DNA of 46,736 nt from a virus (IMGVR_UViG_3300012943_000014:1-46736); one strand, 5' to 3'; shown: positions 16,910-26,497, counted from the stretch's first letter. Numbers and translations are program-made. The notes: generated from the letters alone by a model not told the origin.

Positions 16910-19422
16910 GCCGCTGCCCTCATATCTCGCAGCACGTCAGACATCTGGTCTAACGTCTTGACTTTCTTGAGCGTACTCCACCGATGCACGCCCTGCTCGT
17001 CCGGTCGGCTGACGGCGAGGTCGGCAGGGATGATGAGCGGTCGCCCGTTCACCATGATGGGAGCCTCGGCATGGAGCTTCATCACCCGCGCAGCCGTTAG
17101 AGCATCGTCACGGTGGACGAGGGCAATGAGCGCATCATGGATGTTCAGCGCGATCCGACCACGACGAGGCCATGCATCGTCATCCTCTGCACGATATATC
17201 ACTTCCGAAACGTGGTCGCCTATGGTACTCTGCGGCTTGAAGGCGATGATGCTTTCAAGTGCTTCCTCTGTCAGCCTCTCCATGATGCGAAGCACGCGAC
17301 CCTTGGGGGATACGAGTTGCCGATGCCGACGAACCTCAGCCTCCTCGACACCCCACCACGTACGCAGCTCAGGAGAGGCAGCATGGTACAGGTTGAACGC
17401 TTCATACGCACGCGCGAGCGGAAGCCCGGTCGTCTCCGCGAGCTTCGGCGCCTGCATCCGGTAGTTGAGCCCGTGTCTGCACCGCTTGGCTACGAACCGC
17501 AGGGTGACGGTCCCATCGTCGTTACGGTCGAACGTGGGAACGTCGTCGTACGGCGTGCCGAACATTTCGGAGGCGAGCGCGCGATGGCAGTCGTATTCGC
17601 CATCGAACCGCGCACGCTCGAACTGCTCGATCCACGTCTCGATGTTCGCGAGCCAGCCAACGACACGCGCCTCTGCTTGTGACAGGTCGAAGTAGACGAA
17701 CACGTAGTCGGGATCGGTGATCACCATGCGGTGCGCACGCTCGGGCCAGTTTTGCAGGTTGCCGCCACTGCCCCACATGACCGACGACGATGACAGACGA
17801 CCGGGGGCGGACTGCACCCCGGTCTGCTTGTACTCGCATCGCACGCGACCGTCATGGTCGATCCGCATCTCTGCGTAGGTGCCGAGGAACTTGGCGTCCT
17901 TCTTGTACTTGTCGAGTGCTTCGAGCATCGCACGCGCATCAACGCCCGTCTGCGGATGGTCGTGCATCCGCTGACGGTTTACTGCATCGGTGCTGCCACC
18001 ACGCCCGACGAGGCGTAGCTGCTTGAAGAATAGCTGCGCGAGTTGTACCGGGCTGTCGGGGTTGACGACCAACTCAGCATTGTGCGTAGCCTTGCGTGCT
18101 GCTGCTTGGAACGTTTCTCGTAACAGTGCTACCTGCTCAGTCAACTCGCTGGTGAGCTGCTCCTTGAATGGCGCATCCACGCGCAGACCTGCGACGGTCA
18201 TACGCGCGAGATGCGGTTGCAGTCGCATGACGTGGTCGAAGAAGAACGCCGACTGCCCGAAGCTGGCAAGCTCGTTCTCCATGCGCATCTGACACGCACG
18301 CGTGATGCACACGTCCGTCACGTTGTAGCGCCAGAACACGTCGATGTCGCCACCCTCACGCCACAGCTTGCCATCGTCCTTGTAGTACGGATGGTCGGTG
18401 TACTGTGCAGTGAGGAAGCCGAGGTTGTGCGGTAGCTGCGAGTACAGCGTGTGGTGAGCAAGCATGGTGTCGAACCATAGCGGCTTGACGCGGATGCGGT
18501 CCTTGAACCACAGCCACGTTGTGTCGAACATGCCATTCTGCGCCACGAACTGCGCCTGTTCCTGTTGGAACAACCATTGCAGCCGCATCCGTACGACGCG
18601 CTCGTCCTCGCATGACCACCGATTGTGCTTGGCATCGCGGAAGTTGATACACATGCCCTCGTGCGGATTGTTCGCGAAGCCGACGCACGCAGTCTCACCG
18701 CCCATCGTCTCGATGTCGAACGCGATGGGCAGACCGCCCTGCGCCATCTCACGTATCCACTCACCTGCCTGCGCGGGCGTCGGGTTGATATGCGCAGTGA
18801 TCGTGTGCGGCTTCCACTTGCCCTTGACCACGCGGTCGAGCTTGTGCAGGTCCATGTTGAACACGGGCTCGGTCTTGGGCTCGCGTATCACGAACGCAGG
18901 GTTGTACGTGATAACACCTGTTAGCTGCTTGCGATTGACGATGGGCATCGCATGCTCGAACGTCTCGACGTAGCGTAGCTCGAACGGCACGACGCTGCCA
19001 CGCCACTGCATGATGCCCGTCTCACCTGTGAGCGCCTGCATGGCTGGGCCACCGAGGATCAGCACGGTCGTGATGTTGGGCAACTGCGTCAGCTCCCAAC
19101 GCAGCAGCTCTTGCCAATGCTGCAACTCAGCGGCACCGATCGCAGTCTTGTTGTCGTTGTACGAGATCAACTGCCGTTTGACCACGTTCGTGATGTACAC
19201 GTCCGTGCGTTTGACACCGTACTTGCGTAGCTGCGACCACAGCACCTGCCCCGAGCCGCCTACGAGGGGCATGCCCATTGTCACTTCGCGCTCGCCCGGT
19301 GCCTCTGCGACGATGGCGATGCGCGCATTGATGGCACCATCGCACGCGCACTGCACGGTGAGGCCCAACTGCGCGCACCGCTCACGGATGGCGAGGTTCA
19401 TGTCACGTGATGACTTGATCAT
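16906..19422 (-). CDS. polA: Family A DNA polymerase with N-terminal uracil-DNA-glycosylase-like domain and 3'-5' exonuclease (838 aa)
   Basis: UDG-like AEAPG, VGGSG, TNVVK, YNPA; exonuclease FDIET, NGMFD, DTML, YNVTD; polymerase GRLSS, DLSQAEAR, AKRCRHGLNY, IHDA. Confidence 0.93.
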   Translation of the reverse strand: MIKSSRDMNLAIRERCAQLGLTVQCACDGAINARIAIVAEAPGEREVTMGMPLVGGSGQVLWSQLRKYGVKRTDVYITNVVKRQLISYNDNKTAIGAAELQHWQELLRWELTQLPNITTVLILGGPAMQALTGETGIMQWRGSVVPFELRYVETFEHAMPIVNRKQLTGVITYNPAFVIREPKTEPVFNMDLHKLDRVVKGKWKPHTITAHINPTPAQAGEWIREMAQGGLPIAFDIETMGGETACVGFANNPHEGMCINFRDAKHNRWSCEDERVVRMRLQWLFQQEQAQFVAQNGMFDTTWLWFKDRIRVKPLWFDTMLAHHTLYSQLPHNLGFLTAQYTDHPYYKDDGKLWREGGDIDVFWRYNVTDVCITRACQMRMENELASFGQSAFFFDHVMRLQPHLARMTVAGLRVDAPFKEQLTSELTEQVALLRETFQAAARKATHNAELVVNPDSPVQLAQLFFKQLRLVGRGGSTDAVNRQRMHDHPQTGVDARAMLEALDKYKKDAKFLGTYAEMRIDHDGRVRCEYKQTGVQSAPGRLSSSSVMWGSGGNLQNWPERAHRMVITDPDYVFVYFDLSQAEARVVGWLANIETWIEQFERARFDGEYDCHRALASEMFGTPYDDVPTFDRNDDGTVTLRFVAKRCRHGLNYRMQAPKLAETTGLPLARAYEAFNLYHAASPELRTWWGVEEAEVRRHRQLVSPKGRVLRIMERLTEEALESIIAFKPQSTIGDHVSEVIYRAEDDDAWPRRGRIALNIHDALIALVHRDDALTAARVMKLHAEAPIMVNGRPLIIPADLAVSRPDEQGVHRWSTLKKVKTLDQMSDVLRDMRAAA

Positions 19423-19790
19423 TCGCTGCCCTCCGTCAACACGTGCAGGTCAGCAGCGATACGCTCCTCACGGCACTGACCAGCGATGGCTGCGTAGCCG
19501 ATCATGTCCACGAACGTGTCCTCGTTGAGCGGGTCCGGTCGGTGGCTGCGATGTGACGCACGTGCGATCTTCGCCAGCAGGAAGCACATGGCTACGTCCT
19601 CGCCGTCGATGCCGCTGATATGCGAGCTGCCGTAGTCCGCGCGGATGCCGAAGTACGCACGCCACAACGCTGCGATGCCCGCATGGTTGGTAGCTGGGTC
19701 GCCGTACGCAGCCTGCGCGCTGCCAAAGATGGTGTCGCGTGCGAGTATCATCAGGTGCTCGGCTTGCGTCTGCTTCTCGTTGTCGTTCAC
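19419..19790 (-). CDS. DUF6378-like protein (123 aa)
   Basis: YGDP..N..IAALW, DVAMCFLLAKIAR and DTFVDMIGYAA; GTGA-overlap start at 19790. Confidence 0.75.
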   Translation of the reverse strand: MNDNEKQTQAEHLMILARDTIFGSAQAAYGDPATNHAGIAALWRAYFGIRADYGSSHISGIDGEDVAMCFLLAKIARASHRSHRPDPLNEDTFVDMIGYAAIAGQCREERIAADLHVLTEGSE

Positions 19791-21199
19791 TTGCGGTTCC
19801 TCTCGATGGGCGGGACGATCTGTACGACACTGTTCTGCAACGACCGCTGGTCTGCGATCACCGTCGCCGTCTTGCGTCCTCGACTGATAGCCGTGTAGAA
19901 GTTGCTGCGGCACTGCATCATCATGGTACTCTTGTTGAGCACGTACACGACGTGCTCCCACTCGCTGCCCTGCGCCTTGTGCGTGGTGATGCAGAAGCCG
20001 AGGTCGATGGTGCGTCGCGGGTCGATGTCAACGAGGCCACCGTGCTTCGTCTCGATCGTCTGCTTGTGCGGCACGTTGACGATGCGATCACCGAGGTCGA
20101 TGGTGAGGTTGCTGAACGGGTCGATGTAGGTGATGACCCCACTCTCACCGTTCATAATGATCTTGTCAGGCGGTGTCGGTACGTACCCCTTCGATGGCTC
20201 ACCGTCGATGAAGCGGTCCCACCAGTCACGCAGGTCGTACGCGTTCTCGGTCCAGATGATCTTGTCACCGACGCCGACACTGATGGGCATGGTGGTGTCC
20301 CACTTGTGTCGCTCCAAACGCACGCGCATGCCTCGCCCGATGGGATTGAGCAGGTCCTGCAACGCGATGTTCAGCTTGTACGTGCCGATCCACGTCTTGC
20401 GCGTGGCACTGATGATCTGGCCCACGTTCGTGCCGAGGTTGATGCCCTTCTCTAGCAGGTCCATCGCGACCTCGATCAGCGCGTTGACTGGCTGCTCCGT
20501 AACACGCATTACGAAGTCGTCACGACGCAGTGGCACCCGCCCCAAGAGGATGCGCTCACCGTTGATGGCGATGCCGCTGCCCTCAGTCGTACGATGCACG
20601 GTCGTCAGCACGGTGCCGTTGAACCGACGCAGCCCCGCCTGAAACGGGCTCTCCGCGTCTGCGCGATACTTGCCCTGCTCGATGGGCCGTAGCTGGTTCA
20701 CGTCACCGAACATGCAGAGACGGCCACCGGGCGGTAGCGCGTCGATCAGATTGCGGTGCAGCTCACGGTTCACCATCGCGTACTCGTCGGCGAGCACCAC
20801 CTTGTACGGGATGGGTCGGTCGGCGTAGTAATACTCGCGCTCCTCCGGGTCCCACTGCTTGATGTGCTTGCCACGACGGGGATCGGACTGCACGAGCACG
20901 TCACCGTTGTCATCGCGCTCGCCCGGTCGCGGGTATTCGAGCAGCCGGTGGATGGTTTGCGCGGGTATCCCTGTGGCTTCCTGTATCCGCTTCGCAGCCT
21001 TGCCTGTCGGTGCGCAGAGCACCACGTCGTAGCCTGCATCCGTCAGCGTAGTGTAGACCTCACGGATGATCGTCGTCTTGCCGGTGCCAGCAGCGCCCGT
21101 GATGGGCACGATCCTCTGCTGCATGTCGTTGCACCTGTCGATCGCCTCTTGCTGTGATACGTCCCAATCGAAGTGCCTGTCAATCGCTGCGTCAGTCAC
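19787..21199 (-). CDS. RecD-like SF1B DNA helicase (470 aa)
   Basis: GAAGTGKTT, APTGKAA, TIHRLL, DEYAMV, GDVNQL, THKAQGSE and YTAISR helicase motifs. Confidence 0.92.
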   Translation of the reverse strand: MTDAAIDRHFDWDVSQQEAIDRCNDMQQRIVPITGAAGTGKTTIIREVYTTLTDAGYDVVLCAPTGKAAKRIQEATGIPAQTIHRLLEYPRPGERDDNGDVLVQSDPRRGKHIKQWDPEEREYYYADRPIPYKVVLADEYAMVNRELHRNLIDALPPGGRLCMFGDVNQLRPIEQGKYRADAESPFQAGLRRFNGTVLTTVHRTTEGSGIAINGERILLGRVPLRRDDFVMRVTEQPVNALIEVAMDLLEKGINLGTNVGQIISATRKTWIGTYKLNIALQDLLNPIGRGMRVRLERHKWDTTMPISVGVGDKIIWTENAYDLRDWWDRFIDGEPSKGYVPTPPDKIIMNGESGVITYIDPFSNLTIDLGDRIVNVPHKQTIETKHGGLVDIDPRRTIDLGFCITTHKAQGSEWEHVVYVLNKSTMMMQCRSNFYTAISRGRKTATVIADQRSLQNSVVQIVPPIERNRK

Positions 21200-21645
21200 C
21201 GCCGTAGCCCCCTCTTGATCTTGCCGATGAACGTCGGATGCACGTTGTACTCCGCCGCGATAACAGTGTTAGCACGTGCATCCCTGCGGATCACCATGAT
21301 CTGTGCATCAGTGAGCTTCGCCTGCACATGGTTCTCGCCGTGCGCCCATCGTCCACGCTCGACAGCGTCCTGTATATTGTCAGCGCGTGTGCCGGGGATG
21401 ATGTGCGTTGGCTCGATGCACTCAGGGTTGTCACACGTGTGCCGTGCTACCCAACTGTCGTCATCGTAGTCGAGGCCGTACGTCTCTGCGCATACGAGAC
21501 GGTGGCGATAGTAGTGTCTGCCGTCGATGAGTGTTTCTGCGTATCCTTTCCGCGTCTTGTATCCATGTAGTTTGCAAGGCAGTACCACAGTTGGCTGTGC
21601 ATCGACAGGCTTTTCATCACCTGCGATGCGCGTGGTATCAGACAT
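21196..21645 (-). CDS. HNH homing endonuclease (149 aa)
   Basis: HRL..RHTCDNPECIEPTH..GTRADN..D, then GENH.QAKLT and a C-terminal HTH. Confidence 0.88.
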   Translation of the reverse strand: MSDTTRIAGDEKPVDAQPTVVLPCKLHGYKTRKGYAETLIDGRHYYRHRLVCAETYGLDYDDDSWVARHTCDNPECIEPTHIIPGTRADNIQDAVERGRWAHGENHVQAKLTDAQIMVIRRDARANTVIAAEYNVHPTFIGKIKRGLRR

Positions 21646-21664
21646 GTATTGCTCCTTGGTTGCG

Positions 21665-21910
21665 TTAGTAGCGGTCTAGCTCCTGTGCGACAGCGACAGT
21701 GCACCACCGAGCGAACTCGGCTTTGGACATGCCGAGCCGATGCGAGACACGCTCGATCAGCTCACGGTCGGTACGGCTAATGCGCATGCGCAGGTTATCA
21801 CCGAGTGCGCCCAATGCGTGCGGACCCTTGGACTGCACGCCTCGCAGACGTGGTGTGTGCATCGGCGTGTTGATGGTGATAGCGAGTGGATACTGCTTCA
21901 CGGGCTGCAT
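21665..21910 (-). CDS. Ribbon-helix-helix-like DNA-binding protein (81 aa)
   Basis: LRMRISRTDRELIERVSHRLGMSKAEFAR fits the RHH pattern; RBS AAGGTG. Confidence 0.65.
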   Translation of the reverse strand: MQPVKQYPLAITINTPMHTPRLRGVQSKGPHALGALGDNLRMRISRTDRELIERVSHRLGMSKAEFARWCTVAVAQELDRY

Positions 21911-21932
21911 GGCAATGTCACACCTTGTAGGT

Positions 21933-21971
21933 AGAAGAAAGGGCGGTGCATGCCTCTCCCATACACCGCCC
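21933..21971 (-). terminator. Intrinsic terminator-like hairpin
   Basis: - strand GGGCGGTGTATG-GGAGAGG-CATGCACCGCCC followed by TTTCTTCT. Confidence 0.65.
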
Positions 21972-22002
21972 TCGACGTAGGCTGGTAACGCGTGTTATCG
22001 CG

Positions 22003-22251
22003 TCACTTCACCATGACGCGGATGTAGTTCCGCGCGGTGCCGGTGTCGATGCTCTCCAGAGCATCCTCGGCCTTGCGCGTCACGCCGACGATCTCGATGC
22101 TCTTGATGTCCACGTCCTCGGGCGCGTTGATCAGAACGTAGGCCGGGCGCGGACCCGTGTTGCGATTGGCGGGCTTGCGCTTCGGCTTCTCGGTGGCGGC
22201 GGCGACGGGCGCGGCGGCATCGGCGGCCTGCTTCACTGCGGGATCGGCCAT
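22003..22251 (-). CDS. Small hypothetical protein (82 aa), Ala/Lys-rich N-terminus
   Basis: RBS AGAGAGGA; has its own promoter and terminator. Confidence 0.75.
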   Translation of the reverse strand: MADPAVKQAADAAAPVAAATEKPKRKPANRNTGPRPAYVLINAPEDVDIKSIEIVGVTRKAEDALESIDTGTARNYIRVMVK

Positions 22252-22299
22252 TGTTCGGTTCCTCTCTTGTGTTGCTGATGTTCACTGATTAGCCTAGTG

Positions 22300-22328
22300 A
22301 TGATGGCGACAACGACCTACGATGTCAA
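22300..22328 (-). promoter_or_regulatory. Sigma70-like promoter inside an inverted repeat
   Basis: TTGACA-17 bp-CATCAT. Confidence 0.6.
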
Positions 22329-22353
22329 GGCCGTTGTCGCCGTTGATGGCAGA

Positions 22354-22776
22354 TTAGAGCGCCGAGACGCGCGTGATCTGCTCGCGGGTCACGCCCTCAT
22401 AGGTGTCGTGCTCGATCTGCACACGAGCTTCGAGGCCGACCCACTCGCCCACGTCGATCTTCATCGACATGGTTGCACCGATGGCCTCGCAGAACTTGCG
22501 CACGTTGTAGCGTGACTGCGCGTTGTCCTCCATGACGAGGCGGCGGTAGATGACCAGCTTGCCATCGGGCGCTTCCTCCACAGGGTAGTCGGCGGGGTAC
22601 TCGTCGGGCGAGATGTGGAACGCGACGGCGGCGTACTTGTTGCCGCTGTTCGTGCTCACCCGGATTTCCGCAGACTTGATCTGCGCGGGATACTCGCTGA
22701 CAGGCAGCGGCTCGGGTGCCTCAGCATCCGAGATGTCGCTGCTGAACTCTACAATAGTCATCACGTCGTCTGCCAC
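22354..22776 (-). CDS. Single-stranded DNA-binding protein (DUF669-like), 140 aa
   Basis: PLPVSEYPAQI..NSGNKY..WVGLEARVQIEHDTYEG; adjacent to the Sak4-like ATPase. Confidence 0.65.
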   Translation of the reverse strand: MADDVMTIVEFSSDISDAEAPEPLPVSEYPAQIKSAEIRVSTNSGNKYAAVAFHISPDEYPADYPVEEAPDGKLVIYRRLVMEDNAQSRYNVRKFCEAIGATMSMKIDVGEWVGLEARVQIEHDTYEGVTREQITRVSAL

Positions 22777-22813
22777 TGCATTCTCCTTCTAGCACTGGCG
22801 TTACGGGGCCTAC

Positions 22814-22841
22814 ATCGTATCCCGTTGTCACGCAGTTGCAA
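22814..22841 (-). promoter_or_regulatory. Possible sigma70-like promoter within nested inverted repeats
   Basis: TTGCAA-16 bp-TACGAT; arms CACGCAGTT and AACTGCGTG flank the -35. Confidence 0.4.
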
Positions 22842-22911
22842 GCCCCATAACTGCGTGGGGGCAGCAGTGGCACACACTAGGGTTTGTGTGGACCACTACA
22901 TCTTGTGCTTG

Positions 22912-23694
22912 CTACTTCGGCAGGCTCAACTTCTTGTAGCCACCGTCACGCCACGCATTGTACCACGTAGCGATGTTGTGCTCGTCATACTTCCAGTCGA
23001 ACTCCGCTGCACCATCGGTCTTGAACATGCGCGTCTTGCACGGTGCACGCATGCGCACGGGCCTGATGCCGATGCGTCGCGCCTTGCCACTATCGTTGAG
23101 GTTCCAGACCTCACTGAATTGCACCGGTGCATCGGTCTGCAACTGCCCACCGAGTGAGATGGTGATCGACTGCACCACGCCCTCGTCGTTGCGTAATGGC
23201 TGTGCCTCGTGAGCGATGAAGATCACGTGCTTGCCATGCTTGGCAGTGACGCGCAGCACGTTCATCACCAGTGATGTGATCAGCGCATTGCGATACTGAT
23301 ACGTCTCCTTCGACGGCTTCTCGATGGTTGCACCCCGCAGCTTCTTCACGCTGTCGAGCACGGAGAGCAACTGCGCGTTCGTGAGGCTATCTACGATGAA
23401 CGTGTCGTACTCGTCCATGACGGATGCGATGCCGAGCGGGTTCGTGTCGGCCTTGAATTGCTCAACGATGGTCGTCGGCGACGTGGACAGGTCAGCTACG
23501 AACACGTCGTCACGCCCGGCTACCGATGCGGCACCATCGGGGTCGAAGCTGATGAGCAGCTTCTTGCCCGGTGCGGTGCATGCGAGCGTCGTCTTGCCTG
23601 CACCCGATGGTCCCCATATCAGCAGCGACATGCGCTGCTCCTTCATCGTAGCAGGTGTTATCGACACGCCACCGATCTTGATTTCAGCGGCCAT
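22912..23694 (-). CDS. Sak4-like / AAA_24 ATPase (260 aa)
   Basis: LIWGPSGAGKTTLA, TFIVDSLT and HVIFIAHE. Confidence 0.8.
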   Translation of the reverse strand: MAAEIKIGGVSITPATMKEQRMSLLIWGPSGAGKTTLACTAPGKKLLISFDPDGAASVAGRDDVFVADLSTSPTTIVEQFKADTNPLGIASVMDEYDTFIVDSLTNAQLLSVLDSVKKLRGATIEKPSKETYQYRNALITSLVMNVLRVTAKHGKHVIFIAHEAQPLRNDEGVVQSITISLGGQLQTDAPVQFSEVWNLNDSGKARRIGIRPVRMRAPCKTRMFKTDGAAEFDWKYDEHNIATWYNAWRDGGYKKLSLPK

Positions 23695-24025
23695 TCGACG
23701 CCTCCAGCTTCGTCATTGCGTCGGTGTACTCGATCATCAGGTAGCTGATCATGCGGCTGACCTCTTTGTTGATCTCCTTGTGCGCATGCTTGATGTCGGT
23801 GCTCTCAATCCTGCCCATACCCGCCTCGGCAGCGATGCTCGCCGCGAGCCATGCTGCGAGGCTGCGGATGCTCACTATGTACGTGGTGCATGCGATGCAC
23901 TTCTCGTTCTCCACGATGGCGTTCACCATCGCATCGAGTACGCTCTCTGCGAACGCCTCAATGCCCTCGTGCTCGCTGCTGTGGTCATCGTCATCGCGTG
24001 GGATGTGCGTGTCGTCCAATGGCAT
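23684..24025 (-). CDS. Hypothetical protein (113 aa)
   Basis: TGATG coupling to the nuclease stop (MPLDDTHIP...). Confidence 0.6.
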   Translation of the reverse strand: MPLDDTHIPRDDDDHSSEHEGIEAFAESVLDAMVNAIVENEKCIACTTYIVSIRSLAAWLAASIAAEAGMGRIESTDIKHAHKEINKEVSRMISYLMIEYTDAMTKLEASNGR

Positions 24026-25104
24026 CAATCTACTCCATCCTGCATGGCTTTCTCGGTCGGTGACGGCTCGCGCTCGATCATCTCGTCGAACATCTCTAGC
24101 CGCTCGGCAGTGTCGCTCGCACAGAGCGGTATCAACGGGCACGCTCGAAAATATTTGTTGCACGCACCCGTATGCTTGGGCGCCTCGGTCGGCTTCGTCT
24201 TGTGCATCGCCACGACTTGCGCGAGATGCAGCAGCCATGCGAGCAGGTCGCGGAACTGCGCAGGCTGACGAGAGACGATCTCCGTCATCAGCCCACCGCT
24301 GTCGTAGGTGCGCGGCAGTGGGATCGCCATGCCATGCACCGCAGCACGTGTTATCGGCACGCCGAGTATCGTGGACAGCGCCATCATGTAGCCAGTTATC
24401 TGGTGCGATGTCTGGAATGACAGTGCCCATGCTTCGCCGAGACGCGACGCGGTCTTGTTCTCGTCTAGCACGAGGCTACCACGCCGCCAATGCAGGCCGT
24501 CAGCGGTGCCGATGAAGCGCAGTTGCAGCTGCGGCTCTACATTGTGCATAGCATACGACACCGTCACGTCGAGCGGTATCTCGATGCCGACACGCGCACG
24601 CGGGTTGTCCTTGTCCTCCACCCACACGTCGTGCTGCCAATCGACACGGTCGAGATACGCGATCAGCGCCTCCTCGATGTTCGTGAACGTGCGTCGCTTG
24701 TCCATCGGGTCATCGTAGAAGCCGCTCGTGTAGAACGCCTCTAGGCAGAAGCGCAACATGGCGTTGCGCTTGTCGTCACCTGCCTCTAGTGCAGCATTGA
24801 GCATACTTAGGTAGCGGTCCTCACCGAACAGGCGCACGCTGTGGTAGCCCATGTGTGCGTCAAGGCCCTGCACCCTGCCGATCTGCCACAAGCGTGCAGC
24901 GGCGTAGGCGTCGTGTGCCGCACTGCCCGCCTCCAGCGCCAACGCCCTGCTCGCGTTCCTGAACACCCTGTTGCTGACATACGTTACGAGGCCGTACGTC
25001 GGGCAGGTAGCGATGGCATTCAGGATGCTGTGCGAGTACGCAGGCAGCGATGTGTCGCTCGTCGGCGTCACTGACACCGTCTCGAAGTCGTCTAGCTGTA
25101 GCAT
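24025..25104 (-). CDS. Cas4/RecB-like PD-(D/E)xK exonuclease (359 aa)
   Basis: SHS..TCP, GSAAH, GTADGL, DENKT, QITGY, and C-terminal C..C..C putative Fe-S ligands. Confidence 0.85.
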   Translation of the reverse strand: MLQLDDFETVSVTPTSDTSLPAYSHSILNAIATCPTYGLVTYVSNRVFRNASRALALEAGSAAHDAYAAARLWQIGRVQGLDAHMGYHSVRLFGEDRYLSMLNAALEAGDDKRNAMLRFCLEAFYTSGFYDDPMDKRRTFTNIEEALIAYLDRVDWQHDVWVEDKDNPRARVGIEIPLDVTVSYAMHNVEPQLQLRFIGTADGLHWRRGSLVLDENKTASRLGEAWALSFQTSHQITGYMMALSTILGVPITRAAVHGMAIPLPRTYDSGGLMTEIVSRQPAQFRDLLAWLLHLAQVVAMHKTKPTEAPKHTGACNKYFRACPLIPLCASDTAERLEMFDEMIEREPSPTEKAMQDGVD

Positions 25105-25193
25105 TGACGCGGTCCCTTAGTGCGATCATCAGGTGCGGGTCACGGAAGAATGCGCGCCCGCGTGTCTTGGCGACGGCGTAGAGGACGAGTGCA

Positions 25194-25460
25194 CTACGTA
25201 GCGGTAGGCGGGAGATCGCTGTCCTCGCTGCCAGTGCGTTCGCCACGTAGACGCTCGACTTCCTTCCTGATCGCGCCCGCGCCATCGGTGATCTGCTCCA
25301 TCATCTTCGCCATCTGCAACTGGATGAGTGCAGCCTCGCGCAACTGCTGCTCCTGTGCAGCCATGCGCTCGAACAGCTCGGTGACGAGTGCGATCATGCC
25401 GCGCTCGACGCCCTTGTTCAAGATGATCATCTGTATCTCGGTAGCACGTGTCATCGTCAT
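25194..25460 (-). CDS. Hypothetical coiled-coil protein (88 aa)
   Basis: ATGA coupling; heptad-like pattern. Confidence 0.65.
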   Translation of the reverse strand: MTMTRATEIQMIILNKGVERGMIALVTELFERMAAQEQQLREAALIQLQMAKMMEQITDGAGAIRKEVERLRGERTGSEDSDLPPTAT

Positions 25461-25747
25461 TCCAGTCCTAGTTCGAGTCGCAGCGCACGTATCTTATGCG
25501 CACGCGCCTCCGCTGCATTGATAGCCTTGTCGAGCCGGTCAACGTTGTTGGCAAGCATCTCTGCTTGCTTGACGAGTTGCAGCCGCGCGCGATCATCGCT
25601 CGCAGCCTTGGCGTCCACGAGTGCTTGCTCGTAGATGCGCACAGCCTTGAGACGACGTTCACGAACGGCATCTATCATCGCGTCGATGTCATCACTCGAC
25701 ATCGTCATCATCGTGTGGGGGGATATGCATTCAGGGATGTCGTTCAT
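25457..25747 (-). CDS. Hypothetical coiled-coil protein (96 aa)
   Basis: ATGA coupling on both sides. Confidence 0.7.
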   Translation of the reverse strand: MNDIPECISPHTMMTMSSDDIDAMIDAVRERRLKAVRIYEQALVDAKAASDDRARLQLVKQAEMLANNVDRLDKAINAAEARAHKIRALRLELGLE

Positions 25748-25950
25748 GCGACACCCATGTATGCGTCAAGCTCTGCCTTCGCTTGAGCAAGGGCAGTCTC
25801 GTATCGCGGTGCGAAGCTACTAAGCGTAATCGTCCGCGTGTACTCAATAGTGTAGACCCAATCGTTAATCTTCGGGCGATGCGTGAGCGTGATCACCGCA
25901 CCACGGTAGCTAATGGACCGTGGCTGTAACACTGTTACCGACGCCGGCAT
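25744..25950 (-). CDS. Hypothetical protein (68 aa)
   Basis: RBS AAGAAGGAG before MPASVTVLQ. Confidence 0.65.
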   Translation of the reverse strand: MPASVTVLQPRSISYRGAVITLTHRPKINDWVYTIEYTRTITLSSFAPRYETALAQAKAELDAYMGVA

Positions 25951-25998
25951 GTCTGTGCTGCTCCTTCTTTTTATGTATGCGTGTGCGTGTGCGAGAGC

Positions 25999-26034
25999 GA
26001 AAGAGAGAACCGCGCATGCTTGCACATGCGCGGT
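25999..26034 (-). terminator. Terminator-like hairpin
   Basis: - strand ACCGCGCATG-TGCAAG-CATGCGCGGT followed by TCTCTCTTTC. Confidence 0.5.
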
Positions 26035-26041
26035 GTAGCTA

Positions 26042-26497
26042 TCAGCGACCGACGATCTTCACCCGCTTGGCAGGCGTCGCGAGGTCACTGCATTCCTTGA
26101 GCAGCGTATCGACCTGCTTGGCACTCATCTTGTGCTTCACCATCAACATGCTGCGTAGCTTCGTCTGGTCGAGCCTGCTCGCTGGCTTCGCAATGTCCAC
26201 CAGCATCGAGTACAGCTCACCCTCGGCAGCGATGACGCTCTCGCCTTCGAGGTTCTTCTTGACACGCTCCACGGCCGTCTCAAGCTCACCTGCATCGAAC
26301 GCGACGGTGAGCGCCGCGTCACGTGCCTTGTCGTGGCGCGCCTTGAAGTATGACATCGCCTCAGCCGTCACGTATAGCTCGTGCAGCGTCGGGTCGATGT
26401 TGGACTTCGTAGGCGGACACGCATGCCCGTTGTTCTTGCCGATGGCTTCGAGCGACTTGCGCAACTTCGCGCGTAGCATACCAATGTCGTTAGGCAT
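26042..26497 (-). CDS. Hypothetical protein (~151 aa)
   Basis: GGAG RBS before MPNDIG; first gene after a promoter. Confidence 0.7.
   Translation of the reverse strand: MPNDIGMLRAKLRKSLEAIGKNNGHACPPTKSNIDPTLHELYVTAEAMSYFKARHDKARDAALTVAFDAGELETAVERVKKNLEGESVIAAEGELYSMLVDIAKPASRLDQTKLRSMLMVKHKMSAKQVDTLLKECSDLATPAKRVKIVGR

Noticed and set aside
24025-25104. Cas4-like gene as part of a CRISPR system
   Set aside because: I saw no array or other cas genes. Its context is the usual nuclease/Sak4/SSB recombination module.
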